Shown piece after piece: positions 1 through 9,175 of a stretch of 64,000 bases of DNA (within the stretch, counting starts at the first letter, position 1; every line of letters begins with the position of its first letter). The position numbers were made by a program, and so were the translations under genes. The notes beneath the pieces are model-generated. The model ran no database searches. It was given only the letters and a program-made list of their open reading frames with translations, and was not told where the DNA came from. Location: NCBI GenBank assembly GCA_937868205.1, contig CALMMC010000125.1:29788-93787 (forward strand), given 5' to 3'. Source of the stretch: an uncultured bacterium (GTDB taxonomy: Bacteria > Acidobacteriota > Aminicenantia > Aminicenantales > UBA4085).

Positions 1-188
1 AATTTCCGTTTCCATGGAAATAAGGAAAAGGTTGAACAGGCACTGATTTTAAACGGACGCCGATTTCAAAAGCCCGGATAGATCCCCGATCCCTCATCCC
101 TGGGAAAAGCAGAAAATCCGAAAACCGGCTTTTCGCTGAGCTTCAAGGCGAAATCATCAGGGGAAAGAACAACGCGTCCCCCGATTGA

Positions 189-1568
189 TCAGCCGGTGAC
201 GATGCCCAAGGGAGGATTGATCTTCCACTTGCCCCGGGTGAAATCCGGGATCTCGAACGGACGGCTGCCGGCCGCCACGCTCCCGCAGCTGGCTCCGACG
301 ACCGCGCTCCAGGCGGCCGCGTCGTAGACGTCCTGGTCGAGAGGCTCGCCCTTGAGGAGGGACTGGATCAGGCGGTAATCCTCGATGTAATCCATGCCGC
401 CGTGGCCTCGTCCTTCCCCCTTGGCCGCGATCGCCTTCCAGAGAGGATGTTCGTACTCGGCCGCGAACTTCTCGAAGTCGTCCCACGCATGGGATTCCGC
501 GGCCAGCCCCTCGACATAGACGCGATCGGGCCATTTCTGGGCGACGCCTTTCGTCCCCTGAACGAGATTGATCCGGGTGTAGGGCCGGGGGAGGTTGGTA
601 TCGTGGATGAGGATGATCGTCTTGCCGAGCTTGGTCCGGATGAGAGTGGAGTTGACATCGCCGAGGGCGTATTTTTCGGCGGCTTGGGGCGAGGACGGCC
701 CGAAATTCGCGGCGGCGTACTCGTGGAGCCCGCGGGCCGGAGAGCTCATCGAGACGATGAAGTCGAGGGCGTCGCCGCGGTTGACGTTGAGGCACTGGGC
801 GACCGGCCCGAGGCCGTGGGTCGGGTAGAGATTGCCGTTGAGCTTCCGGGACCAGGCCCGCCGCCAGAGCCCCTCCCCCTCGCTGGAGAACTTGACCTCG
901 CGGAGGTCGTGGAGGTAGCCCGCCTCGGCATGGAGGATTTCGCCGAGGACGCCGCGACGGACGAGGTTGAGGGTCATGAGCTCGATCCGGTCGTAACAGC
1001 AATTCTCCATCATCTGGCAATGCCGTCCCGTTTTTTCCGCCGTCTCGACCAGGGCCCAGCAGTCGTCCAAGGTCATGGCCGCCGGAACCTCGGTCGCGGC
1101 ATGCTTGCCGTTCCTCATGGCCGAAAGGCAGACCGGGACGTGCCACTCCCAGGGCGTGGCCGTGAAAACCAGGTCGAGATCTTCCGTCTCGCACATCCTC
1201 TCGAAGTCATGGTCGCCCCGCGTATAAGCCGAGGGGAGGGGCTGGCCGGCTTCGACGACCCATTTCCGGGCCCGCTCGACTTTGGCCGGAACGATGTCGC
1301 AGAGAGCCTTGATTTGAACGCCGTCGATGTTGAGGAGATTCTGAACGTGGGCCGAGCCCATGCCCCCCACGCCGACGAAGCCGATGCGGACGCGGGGAAG
1401 CGGAGCGGCGGCGAAAGCGGTCCGGCCTTCGCCCGGAACCCGGCGCTGATCGCCGAGAAGAGGCTTGAAACCGGCCAAGACAGCGCTCACGCCGGCGGCC
1501 CCGGCGGCGGCGGCTTTCAGAAAATCACGGCGGTTTTGAACGCCGGAGCCGGCGGAATCGTCTTTCAT
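189..1568 (-). CDS. Gfo/Idh/MocA-family NAD-binding oxidoreductase with twin-arginine (Tat) signal, GH109-like
   Basis: 459-aa ORF; N-terminal RRDFLKAAAAGAAG Tat motif followed by a Rossmann GxGxxG motif (GFVGVGGMG); AAGGAGG SD 5 nt upstream of the ATG at 1568. The longer 157..1194 frame is rejected. Confidence 0.75.
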   Translation of the reverse strand: MKDDSAGSGVQNRRDFLKAAAAGAAGVSAVLAGFKPLLGDQRRVPGEGRTAFAAAPLPRVRIGFVGVGGMGSAHVQNLLNIDGVQIKALCDIVPAKVERARKWVVEAGQPLPSAYTRGDHDFERMCETEDLDLVFTATPWEWHVPVCLSAMRNGKHAATEVPAAMTLDDCWALVETAEKTGRHCQMMENCCYDRIELMTLNLVRRGVLGEILHAEAGYLHDLREVKFSSEGEGLWRRAWSRKLNGNLYPTHGLGPVAQCLNVNRGDALDFIVSMSSPARGLHEYAAANFGPSSPQAAEKYALGDVNSTLIRTKLGKTIILIHDTNLPRPYTRINLVQGTKGVAQKWPDRVYVEGLAAESHAWDDFEKFAAEYEHPLWKAIAAKGEGRGHGGMDYIEDYRLIQSLLKGEPLDQDVYDAAAWSAVVGASCGSVAAGSRPFEIPDFTRGKWKINPPLGIVTG

Positions 1569-1808
1569 GTCATCCTCCTTGCCGGTATCCGCCCCGCGGA
1601 CGGGCGGGAATGATTATATCCAAATCGGAGACACATTGCTTATTCCCCAAATGATCACGGTTTACGGCCGGTCAAAACACAAAATCGAAAAAGCGAGGAA
1701 TGAAGCTAAAATGAGGCGAATATGCATGGCCCCACCTGTCTAATTGTTTCATATTAATATAAATACATATTATTGGATTATGCCTTCAAAAATCCGGGTC
1801 GATTCTTC

Positions 1809-1837
1809 TTGACAAGCCTCTCTTTTCTTCCTATGTT
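1809..1837 (+). promoter_or_regulatory. sigma70-type promoter TTGACA-17nt-TATGTT preceded by an AT-rich UP-like tract (1735-1800), driving the 1896 gene
   Basis: TTGACA at 1809-1814, a 17-nt spacer, TATGTT at 1832-1837. The flanking 1735-1800 is about 75% AT in a ~68% GC genome. A TATAAT (1614-1619, minus strand) is a candidate -10 for the divergent oxidoreductase gene. Confidence 0.45.
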
Positions 1838-1895
1838 GTCGACTTAAGGGAGGCCCGGCGGTCTCCCGTCCCGTCAGGGAGGAAATCCCCCGATC

Positions 1896-2930
1896 ATGAG
1901 CGCCTCGAATGTCAAGAGTCTCGTCCAAAGCTGGGAGACCGTGCGCTTTGAGTTGCTGAACCGCAGGATTTCCGACCTCAACCTGAAGATCGAGGGATCC
2001 CCGGCCGAGCGTTTCGTCCAACGGCTGCGCCGCGAGCTCGAGACCAAGAAATTCATCTTCAAACCGTCCTTCTACCTGACCGACGCCTGGGGCTGCCCCG
2101 ACCGGACACCGGTCATCGGCGTCCCCTTCTACTTGGCCGATGAGCGGCTGACCCGCCTCGAGGAGGAGCAAAACGGCGAAATGGAGGATCCCAAGACGAT
2201 CATGATGCTCTTCCGCCACGAGGCCGGGCATGCGATCAACTACGCGTTCAAGCTTTGGGAGCGGTCGTCCTGGAAGGAGATCTTCGGTTCTTTCACCAAA
2301 CCCTATCGGGACATCTTCCGGCCGGACCGCTTCAGCCGGCAATTCGTCCGCCATATCGACGCCCATCCCTACGGCCGGACCTACGCCCAAAAACATCCCG
2401 ACGAGGATTTCGCCGAAACCTTCGCCGTCTGGCTCGCCCCGCGGAGCGACTGGCGGAACCGTTATAAACACTGGCCCGTTCTGCGCAAGCTCAAGTACGT
2501 CGACCGCTTGATGAGGGAGATCCGCAGGCAGAAGCCGCGCAACATCCGCCGCAAGGTCGTCCTGCCGGTCGAAAAGATGAACCTGACCCTGGCCGATTTC
2601 TACGGCAAGAAGGCCGATGTCTTCCGCCGATCCGCCAGGGGGTATGTCGACGACCGGCTCCGGCAGGTCTTCCCCCCTTCGCGGGCCGAAGTCCTCCTCC
2701 CGGCCGTGGACCTGTTCCGCCGGCGCCGGGCGGAGCTTTTGGACAGCATCGTCCGCTGGTCGAGCCTCGACGAAAAAGAAGCCGACGCCATCCTTCGCAA
2801 GCTCGAAAGCCGGACAAAGACCCTCGACCTCCGCTATCCTCCGGGTAAGAAACGATCGCGAGAGATGGAGATCGCCGCCCTGGCCGTGGCCCTGGCCATG
2901 GACTACGCCTATACCGGCCGCCTCGCCTGA
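1896..2930 (+). CDS. HExxH-motif zincin-like putative metallopeptidase
   Basis: 344-aa ORF with HEAGH (HExxH) and a downstream DEDFAETF acidic motif. No signal peptide. GGGAGGAA SD upstream. Confidence 0.55.
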   Translation: MSASNVKSLVQSWETVRFELLNRRISDLNLKIEGSPAERFVQRLRRELETKKFIFKPSFYLTDAWGCPDRTPVIGVPFYLADERLTRLEEEQNGEMEDPKTIMMLFRHEAGHAINYAFKLWERSSWKEIFGSFTKPYRDIFRPDRFSRQFVRHIDAHPYGRTYAQKHPDEDFAETFAVWLAPRSDWRNRYKHWPVLRKLKYVDRLMREIRRQKPRNIRRKVVLPVEKMNLTLADFYGKKADVFRRSARGYVDDRLRQVFPPSRAEVLLPAVDLFRRRRAELLDSIVRWSSLDEKEADAILRKLESRTKTLDLRYPPGKKRSREMEIAALAVALAMDYAYTGRLA

Positions 2931-3299
2931 TCTGATCGGCCGCGATTCCATCCGGGATCGTCGGTTTCCCCTATCCGCGACCTCCCGGCCCCGCTCCATG
3001 TCGATCCGCGGGTAAAAATAGGACGGCGATCGGCATGGAAAGCGCATCGCCTGAGGACGGAACGGATGGCCTTTTGTTTCCGCGAACAGCGGAGAGAGCG
3101 CCGGATGATCGCCAAGGAGGCATCACTGAGCGGACATTAAGGCAAGGCCGGGGAACGGGAAAAGCAATCCTGGCGATCGCCAAGGAGCCGGGCCCGCATC
3201 GGGCGTTGGAAAAGCCGCCTCTTCCGCCGCGGAACCGGGGGGAAGGCGCCGTTGGAAAAGCCGCCGCCGACTCAAGCGCCGCTTTTCCCAGCCTTAACA

Positions 3300-3395
3300 A
3301 ATCGGGAAATGGATAAACAGGTACCGATATGAATCGGGAAATGGATAAACAGGTACCGATATGAATCGGGAAATGGTTGACCAGGTACCGATTGG
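3300..3395. repeat. 32-bp direct tandem repeat, 3 copies (two identical, third degenerate), each with an internal hairpin ATCGG...GGTACCGAT
   Basis: aatcgggaaatggataaacaggtaccgatatg at 3300-3331 and 3332-3363; degenerate copy aatcgggaaatggttgaccaggtaccgattgg at 3364-3395. Sits in the intergenic region between convergent genes. Confidence 0.9.
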
Positions 3396-3405
3396 CGGGC
3401 CGGAT

Positions 3406-4476
3406 TTATTTGGGACGGGGGGCCGGGCGGTTGTTGAGTCCGAAAATCGGCAGGTTCATATCGAACGGAGGGCCCTCGAAGGCCGCCTTGATGATGATAC
3501 CCATGAGTGCGGAATAATTGATGCCCGCCCTCTTGGCCGCCCGGGCGAGTCCCATGTCGTTGTCCAGGCAGGGGTTGCAATTCACCTCGAGAACGCGCGG
3601 CCGGCCCTCGGAATCCAAGCGGATGTCGACCCGGCCGTATCCCCACCCCCCGACCACCCGGAAGGCTTTCTTGGCGGTTTCGCCGATGGCCTGGGTCAGC
3701 TCCGGCTTGGTCTTGGCCGGGCAGAGGACCCGCGTCTTCTGGAATTCCACGGTGGTCTCGATCCATTTGGCCGCATAGGACATGATCGGGGGAATCGTCC
3801 CGGGCAGGGCGGAATAATCGACCTCGGCCAGGGGCAAAACGCGAAGCTTCCTCCCGCCGATGACCCCGACGTTGAACTCCCGCCCGGCGAGAAAATCCTG
3901 GACGAGCGCCGGCTGGCGGTATGTCTTCAGGATCTCGCGGACCTTGTCCTTCAAGGCGGCCTTGGTATGGACGACGGAATGACGATCCAGGCCGATGCCC
4001 GCGTGCTCCTGGCTGGCGTGGACGATGAGGGGGAATTTCCAGTCGCGGCCGTTCAGCTCGCCGATCCGCTCGATCAGCATGGTCTGGCCCGGAATGGGGA
4101 CGCCTGCGCCCTGCAGCAGGCTGGCCGCCATGTACTTGTGGCGGCTGAGGCCGAGGGCGATGGCCGGCGACCCGGTGATCGGAAATCCCAGCATCCGGAT
4201 GAAGGCCGCGACCCGCATCTCGTACAAGGCCCCGTGAACGACGTCGTCGTATTGGTTGAAGACGACGTGCGGCTTCAGCCGGCGGAGGCGGCGCTGGAGA
4301 TAGTTGAGATCATCAGTCAACGGGATGACGGTCACCTTGTGCCCGAGCCGGCGGACCGCCCGGGCGATGGTGAAGATCATCTCCCGCAGATACGCCGCGC
4401 CGCTCTGGTCGTCCTCGGCGGACTCCTGGGCGTCGGCGTAGGCGTTGTAAACGAGCGCGACCCGGAGTTTCCTCAT
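3406..4476 (-). CDS. ATP-grasp ligase, D-alanine--D-alanine ligase (Ddl) family
   Basis: 356-aa ORF; Ddl-like N-terminal domain followed by an ATP-grasp domain (EVNCNPCL, GWGYGRVDIRLD motifs). Confidence 0.7.
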   Translation of the reverse strand: MRKLRVALVYNAYADAQESAEDDQSGAAYLREMIFTIARAVRRLGHKVTVIPLTDDLNYLQRRLRRLKPHVVFNQYDDVVHGALYEMRVAAFIRMLGFPITGSPAIALGLSRHKYMAASLLQGAGVPIPGQTMLIERIGELNGRDWKFPLIVHASQEHAGIGLDRHSVVHTKAALKDKVREILKTYRQPALVQDFLAGREFNVGVIGGRKLRVLPLAEVDYSALPGTIPPIMSYAAKWIETTVEFQKTRVLCPAKTKPELTQAIGETAKKAFRVVGGWGYGRVDIRLDSEGRPRVLEVNCNPCLDNDMGLARAAKRAGINYSALMGIIIKAAFEGPPFDMNLPIFGLNNRPAPRPK

Positions 4477-4717
4477 CTCTTCCTCAATTTCAATGGAACG
4501 GCGCTTTCATCATAACGAAGGACGCGCGCCGGCGCAAGCGCGCGCATGGAATCACCGGTCAAAATCCCGATCCTTCCTCGGCAACAGTTTATATGATTCA
4601 ACGGCCCTGCGTTCGGTCACATGGCTCTACGAGTTGACACGGCGGCGCGGCCGGGGGGACGGGCGGGCCGGGATGTCCTCCGCGGCGGGAATATCCCGGG
4701 AGGAGCGGCCGGCCGCC

Positions 4718-5332
4718 TCAAGCGATCCGGAAGCGGGCGAGCTCCGTTCTCCGCTCTTTCCCGTCGGGGACGAGGCGGGCCAGCAAATCGTAAAACGGGC
4801 GCCCGTGATGATGATGGCGGAGATGGCAGAGCTCGTGGAGAATCACATAGTCGATGCAGGCCGGCGGAAGCTGGGCCAACCGGACATTGAGCACGATCCG
4901 CCCGTCCCGGGCGCAGCTCCCCCAGCGCCGCTTCATCATCCGGAAGGAAACCGCCGGCCGGGGGAGGTTGTGGGCCGCGGCGAGGGGGAGACAGGCCTCC
5001 AAGCGTTCCTGAAGCCGGCGTTCACATTCGGTCCGGAGCCGGGCTTGTTCCCGGCGATCCTCCGGCCACGTCAGCCGCCGGCGGGCCAGGGCCTTGGCCC
5101 GCGTCCGGAGAATCCAGGCCGCCTTTCCGGCCACGAACGACAGGACCGCGTCCGCCCCGGCCCGGGCGGGGGAATGGACGCGGATCTCTCCGTCCTCCCG
5201 GACCTCAAGGCGCAGACGGCGGCCCCGGCCCCGAACCCAAAGGAAAACGACGGTCTCCCCGCCGCAGGTCAGGCTGTGGCGCGTCGGCGGCGGAAGACGC
5301 GTCGTCCGGAATCGTCCGATCATCCCGGCCAT
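4718..5332 (-). CDS. YgjP/DUF45-family metal-dependent hydrolase (WLM/SprT-like zincin)
   Basis: 204-aa ORF with a C-terminal ILHELCHLRHHHH motif typical of DUF45. Confidence 0.65.
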   Translation of the reverse strand: MAGMIGRFRTTRLPPPTRHSLTCGGETVVFLWVRGRGRRLRLEVREDGEIRVHSPARAGADAVLSFVAGKAAWILRTRAKALARRRLTWPEDRREQARLRTECERRLQERLEACLPLAAAHNLPRPAVSFRMMKRRWGSCARDGRIVLNVRLAQLPPACIDYVILHELCHLRHHHHGRPFYDLLARLVPDGKERRTELARFRIA

Positions 5333-5389
5333 CTTACCCGAGAACGGGCGCCCGTTGCCATTCGCCGGCGATCATGATATTTTTTTTTC

Positions 5390-6442
5390 ATGCCGAATCC
5401 GAAAGCCGCCGCCCGCTCCCCGCGCCGCCCCAAGGTCGGCCTCGTCCTCGGAAGCGGCGGAGCCCGGGGCCTCGTCCACTTCGAAATCATCGAAGGGCTT
5501 CTCCGGATGGACATCCCGATCGACCTCATCGCCGGTTCGAGCATCGGCGCCGTCGTCGCCGGCATCTACGCCGCCGGCGGGCTTCCCCGCCTTCGGGAGG
5601 ACCTTCAAACGATGAAGCGGGAGGATTTCGTGCGGCTTTTCGATCCGGCTCTTTCCCGCTATGGATTCTTCGCCGGCCGGAAAGTGATGGTCTTCCTCCG
5701 CCGGTATATCCCGCCCGAAACGAGACTCGAGGACCTCGGCCTTCCCCTGGGCATCGTGGCCACCGATTACGAGACCGGCCGGCCGGTCGTTTTCCGCAAA
5801 GGCAATCTCCTGGAGGCGATCCGGGCGAGCATTTCCATCCCCGGCGTCTTCACCCCGGTCCGCGTCGGATCGAAGCTTCTCCTGGACGGCGGAGTCGTCT
5901 CCCCGCTGCCGATCGACATCGCCGAACAGATGGGCGGCCACCTGATCGTCGCCGTCAGCCTTCTGCCGACCATCGGAAAGCTCCGGGGAATCCTCCCCCT
6001 GGGCTGGAAAAAACGGAGGGGCGGGGACAAGCCCCCTCCCGGGCGCCTGCCGCTGAAGGAGAAAATCGCCCGCCGCCTCCCGCCCGGCCGGAAGGAAGAG
6101 CGCCGCTGGCTGAGGATCGCCGACCAGTGGCTGACGGCGAAGAACGGGGAAGCCGGCGAGCCGGAGAAGACGCCGAATCTGATCGACATCGTCACCCGAA
6201 CGATCGACATCATGGCTTACACGGAAACCCGGCAGATGCTGGCCGCCCATCCGCCGGCGGTTCTCTTCGAGTTCGACTTTCCCGACCTCGGCGTTCTCGA
6301 TTTCACCCGGAGCCAGGAGCTTCTGGACGCCGCCCGCCGGGCGTTTGAGCTCAAAATTCCCGAATTGACCGAAAAGGTTAAAAAACGCCTGTCCCTGCCG
6401 ATGCCTCCGTCGTTTGGGAAAGCCCGGCGCGAGATTCGCTGA
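5390..6442 (+). CDS. patatin-like phospholipase
   Basis: 350-aa ORF; GxGxxG oxyanion motif (GSGGARG) and GxSxG nucleophile motif (GSSIG). Confidence 0.8.
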   Translation: MPNPKAAARSPRRPKVGLVLGSGGARGLVHFEIIEGLLRMDIPIDLIAGSSIGAVVAGIYAAGGLPRLREDLQTMKREDFVRLFDPALSRYGFFAGRKVMVFLRRYIPPETRLEDLGLPLGIVATDYETGRPVVFRKGNLLEAIRASISIPGVFTPVRVGSKLLLDGGVVSPLPIDIAEQMGGHLIVAVSLLPTIGKLRGILPLGWKKRRGGDKPPPGRLPLKEKIARRLPPGRKEERRWLRIADQWLTAKNGEAGEPEKTPNLIDIVTRTIDIMAYTETRQMLAAHPPAVLFEFDFPDLGVLDFTRSQELLDAARRAFELKIPELTEKVKKRLSLPMPPSFGKARREIR

Positions 6443-6448
6443 GCCCGG

Positions 6449-8362
6449 TTACTCGAACCGGGAGATGATCATCCGGTTCTGGGGATTGTCGATGGTCTTT
6501 CCCTCGGCCGTGAACAGGTTATCGATCCGGGACCGGTAAAAGTCCTCGATCTTTCCCCGGACGATCTTCATGGTCGAGTTCATGAGATGGTTCTGCTCGG
6601 TGAATCCCTCGCCCAGGACGGCGACGGTCGCCGGCAGCCAGCGGGCCGGGAACTGGCCGGCGAAAGGACCGCCCTCGCGATACTTGGCGATTTCCCCGTC
6701 CAAGAGCCGGAGAACGGCCTCCTGCCCCTCGGGCGCGCGGGCCGACAAACCGCTCTTTTTCAGCCAGGCGAGGAGGGCTTCCTTGTTGGGAACGAGAAGC
6801 CCGACCGTATAGGGCGACTGGTTGTTGTAAAGCATGAACTGCTCGATGTAAGGCGAGGATTCGATGATCGCCTCCTCGATGGATTCGGGACTGTATTTCT
6901 CCCCGTCGTTGGCGATCAGCAGGCTCTTGGTCCGGCCGAGGACATAGAGATAGCCGTCCTCATCGAGATAGCCGAGATCGCCGGTGTAGAGCCAGCCGTT
7001 CTTGAGCGCCTCCGCCGTGGCCTTTTCGTTCTTCCAGTAGCCGGCCATGACGTTTTCGCCGCGGATGACGATTTCTCCCCGGCCGCCGACCGGCAGGGGC
7101 GTGCCGGAGGAGTCGCAGATGCGGATTTCGATCCCCTTGGCCACCCGGCCGGAGGAGCCCAGCTTATGGGCCGCGCCGCTGTTGGCCGAGATGACCGGGG
7201 CGGCCTCGGTGAGACCGTAGCCCTGGAACATCGGGATGCCAAGGGCGTAGAAAAACCGCTGGAGCTCGATGTCGAGGAGAGCTCCGCCGCCGACGAAAAA
7301 CTGGAGCCGGCCGCCGAAATTCTCCCGGATCTTGCTGAAGAGGATCTTGTCGTAAAGGAGAACGAGCGGCTTCTTCAGGGCCTGCCGGCCGCGGCCCCGG
7401 TTGCAGCCCTCGGCGTTGTAGGCGACCGCCGTTTTGAGGGCCTTCCGGAACAGGGCCTCGACTTTCGGGCCTTTCTCCCGCACGCCCTTCTCGATGTTCT
7501 TCCGGAAGCTCTTGGCCAGGGAAGGGACGCTGAGGAGAATGTGGGGCCGGGTTTCCTTGATATTGACGGGGATGTTGCGCAGCGTTTCCATGCCCGTCTG
7601 GCCGGCCTGTATCGAGGCCAGGCTCGCCCCGCGCATCATCAGCGTATAAACGCCGCAGGTGTGGGCGAAGGCGTGATCCCAGGGAAGGATGATCAGGCTG
7701 AGCCAGTCCTCCTCGCACCGGACCAAGTCGAGCGACTGCTCGCAGTTGGCCGTGTAGTTGCGGTGGGTCAGGATGATGCCCTTGGGATCGGCCGTCGTCC
7801 CCGACGTATAGCAGATGTTGGCGTAATCCGATTCCTGGACGGACCGCCAACGCTCGGCGAAGGCTTCCCGGGCCGCGGGCGGCAGGGACTCCCCGGCCGT
7901 GAGGATGTCGCCGGCGTATATCTCGTCGCTTTCAAACGACTTGAGCTCGTCCAGGACGATGACCTTTTCCAGCTGGGGGAGGTCGTTCTTGATCCTTCGG
8001 ATTTTTTCCACCTGGCCGCGCGAGACGATCACGAAGCGGCAGCCTGAATGGCTTAGGCGGAACTTGAGGTCGTTCGGCTCGTCAAGCTTGATCGAGATGG
8101 GGACGTTGATTGCCCCGCAGTAGAGAATGCCCATCTCGCTCACGACCCAATCGTTCCGGCCTTCGGAGATCAGGGCGACTCGGTCGCCCTTATTGAGGCC
8201 CAAGGACATCAACCCGGCCCCGAAGGCGTGAACCCGCTCGCGCGTCCGGGCGTAGGTCATCGGCTCGTAGACGTCGGTCTTCTTCTCCCAAAGCAGCGGA
8301 TTGCCGGGAAAGCGGTCGGCGCTGGTTTCCAGGAGCCGGGGCAGGGTCCGGGGTTCGGTCAT
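6449..8362 (-). CDS. AMP-dependent synthetase/ligase (long-chain acyl-CoA synthetase-like)
   Basis: 637-aa ORF; AMP-binding signature YTSGTTADPKGIILTHRNY; GGAGGAGGA SD upstream of the ATG at 8362. Confidence 0.85.
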   Translation of the reverse strand: MTEPRTLPRLLETSADRFPGNPLLWEKKTDVYEPMTYARTRERVHAFGAGLMSLGLNKGDRVALISEGRNDWVVSEMGILYCGAINVPISIKLDEPNDLKFRLSHSGCRFVIVSRGQVEKIRRIKNDLPQLEKVIVLDELKSFESDEIYAGDILTAGESLPPAAREAFAERWRSVQESDYANICYTSGTTADPKGIILTHRNYTANCEQSLDLVRCEEDWLSLIILPWDHAFAHTCGVYTLMMRGASLASIQAGQTGMETLRNIPVNIKETRPHILLSVPSLAKSFRKNIEKGVREKGPKVEALFRKALKTAVAYNAEGCNRGRGRQALKKPLVLLYDKILFSKIRENFGGRLQFFVGGGALLDIELQRFFYALGIPMFQGYGLTEAAPVISANSGAAHKLGSSGRVAKGIEIRICDSSGTPLPVGGRGEIVIRGENVMAGYWKNEKATAEALKNGWLYTGDLGYLDEDGYLYVLGRTKSLLIANDGEKYSPESIEEAIIESSPYIEQFMLYNNQSPYTVGLLVPNKEALLAWLKKSGLSARAPEGQEAVLRLLDGEIAKYREGGPFAGQFPARWLPATVAVLGEGFTEQNHLMNSTMKIVRGKIEDFYRSRIDNLFTAEGKTIDNPQNRMIISRFE

Positions 8363-8510
8363 GGCATCCTCCTCCGTGGCCTATGACTGCGGGCGCGGGC
8401 CCTCGTCGATGATGGGTGTATTCTATACTAAAACCGCGCCCGGAAGGGAATCCCCGAATTCCCTTTCACCGCGGTTGTCCCGGCCGGCCGTTTTCGGGTA
8501 GAATGTTTCC

Positions 8511-8864
8511 ATGAACGCGGATCCCCAAGCCGACCCGGCGGCCCAAGCCAAGCTGGACGAAATCCTCCATCCGAGCACGACCGCCGATTCCTTCCGCGTT
8601 ACCGGCGTGTTCGGCCACAAGCTGGATTCCAGGTATCAGAAGGCCGTCTTCCTGGCCAAGCGCAATCCGACCTACCGGGAGGAAGGGGAAGGCGAATGGA
8701 TCCGGCATTCGGCCGTCTACACGCCGGCCGAGGTCGAGGATTTGTTCGACCTGTTCAACATCGTCCACGACTGGGAACACACCGAAATCCTGGTCAACCA
8801 CAAGCCCCTCCCCTACGGCCACCAGCTCTGGCTCCCCCTGATGTGGTTTTACCGCATCACCTGA
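8511..8864 (+). CDS. hypothetical protein
   Basis: 117-aa ORF in an otherwise non-coding gap. No recognisable motif; coding potential only. Confidence 0.35.
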   Translation: MNADPQADPAAQAKLDEILHPSTTADSFRVTGVFGHKLDSRYQKAVFLAKRNPTYREEGEGEWIRHSAVYTPAEVEDLFDLFNIVHDWEHTEILVNHKPLPYGHQLWLPLMWFYRIT

Positions 8865-9175
8865 GCCGCGCCCCGGACCACCGGCTGTTTTCATCCTGTC
8901 CCTGAGCGGGAAAAAGCCCGTCCGTCCGTTTTTGGATTCCGCTGGGATTTCCCGGCGGGTGGAGACGGGCGGCTGAAAGCTCATCGTCGCCGGCGGAGAT
9001 TCCTCTCGAGGAAAGAAGGCGGCGGATCTTCCCCTTCATGGACTTCGAGGGGGAACGGCCGAGGAATCGTCGTCCCCGCCTTCCGATCCCGCCCTTGTCC
9101 CGCCGAGGATGACGCCCGGGATTCCCCCCTGAACGGATTTCCGCCCTGGATCCGAAGGAGAAAATCCTCCGCTCG

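Noticed and set aside
118-150. Weak AT-rich hairpin (CGAAAA-gccgg-TTTTCG on the minus strand) as a terminator for the oxidoreductase gene
   Set aside because: The stem is short and AT-rich with a poor U-tract. It is too weak to call.
157-1613. Long alternate-frame and antisense ORFs (157..1194 minus, 402..1613 plus) overlapping the oxidoreductase gene
   Set aside because: Low-complexity Arg/Pro/Gly-rich translations typical of high-GC off-frame reading. The 189..1568 frame has a Tat signal, a Rossmann motif and a proper SD.
1624-1640. Third GGAGACAC...CATTG occurrence (aaatcggagacacattgc), as a possible third copy of the palindromic element
   Set aside because: Only the 8-mer core matches. 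There are no inverted-repeat arms and no conserved TTCACCC/TTTCCCTG/AGCCGGA core. An 8-mer is expected about twice by chance in 64 kb.
3300-3395. Possible CRISPR array
   Set aside because: The repeats abut directly with no unique spacers. There are only 3 copies and no cas genes in the window.
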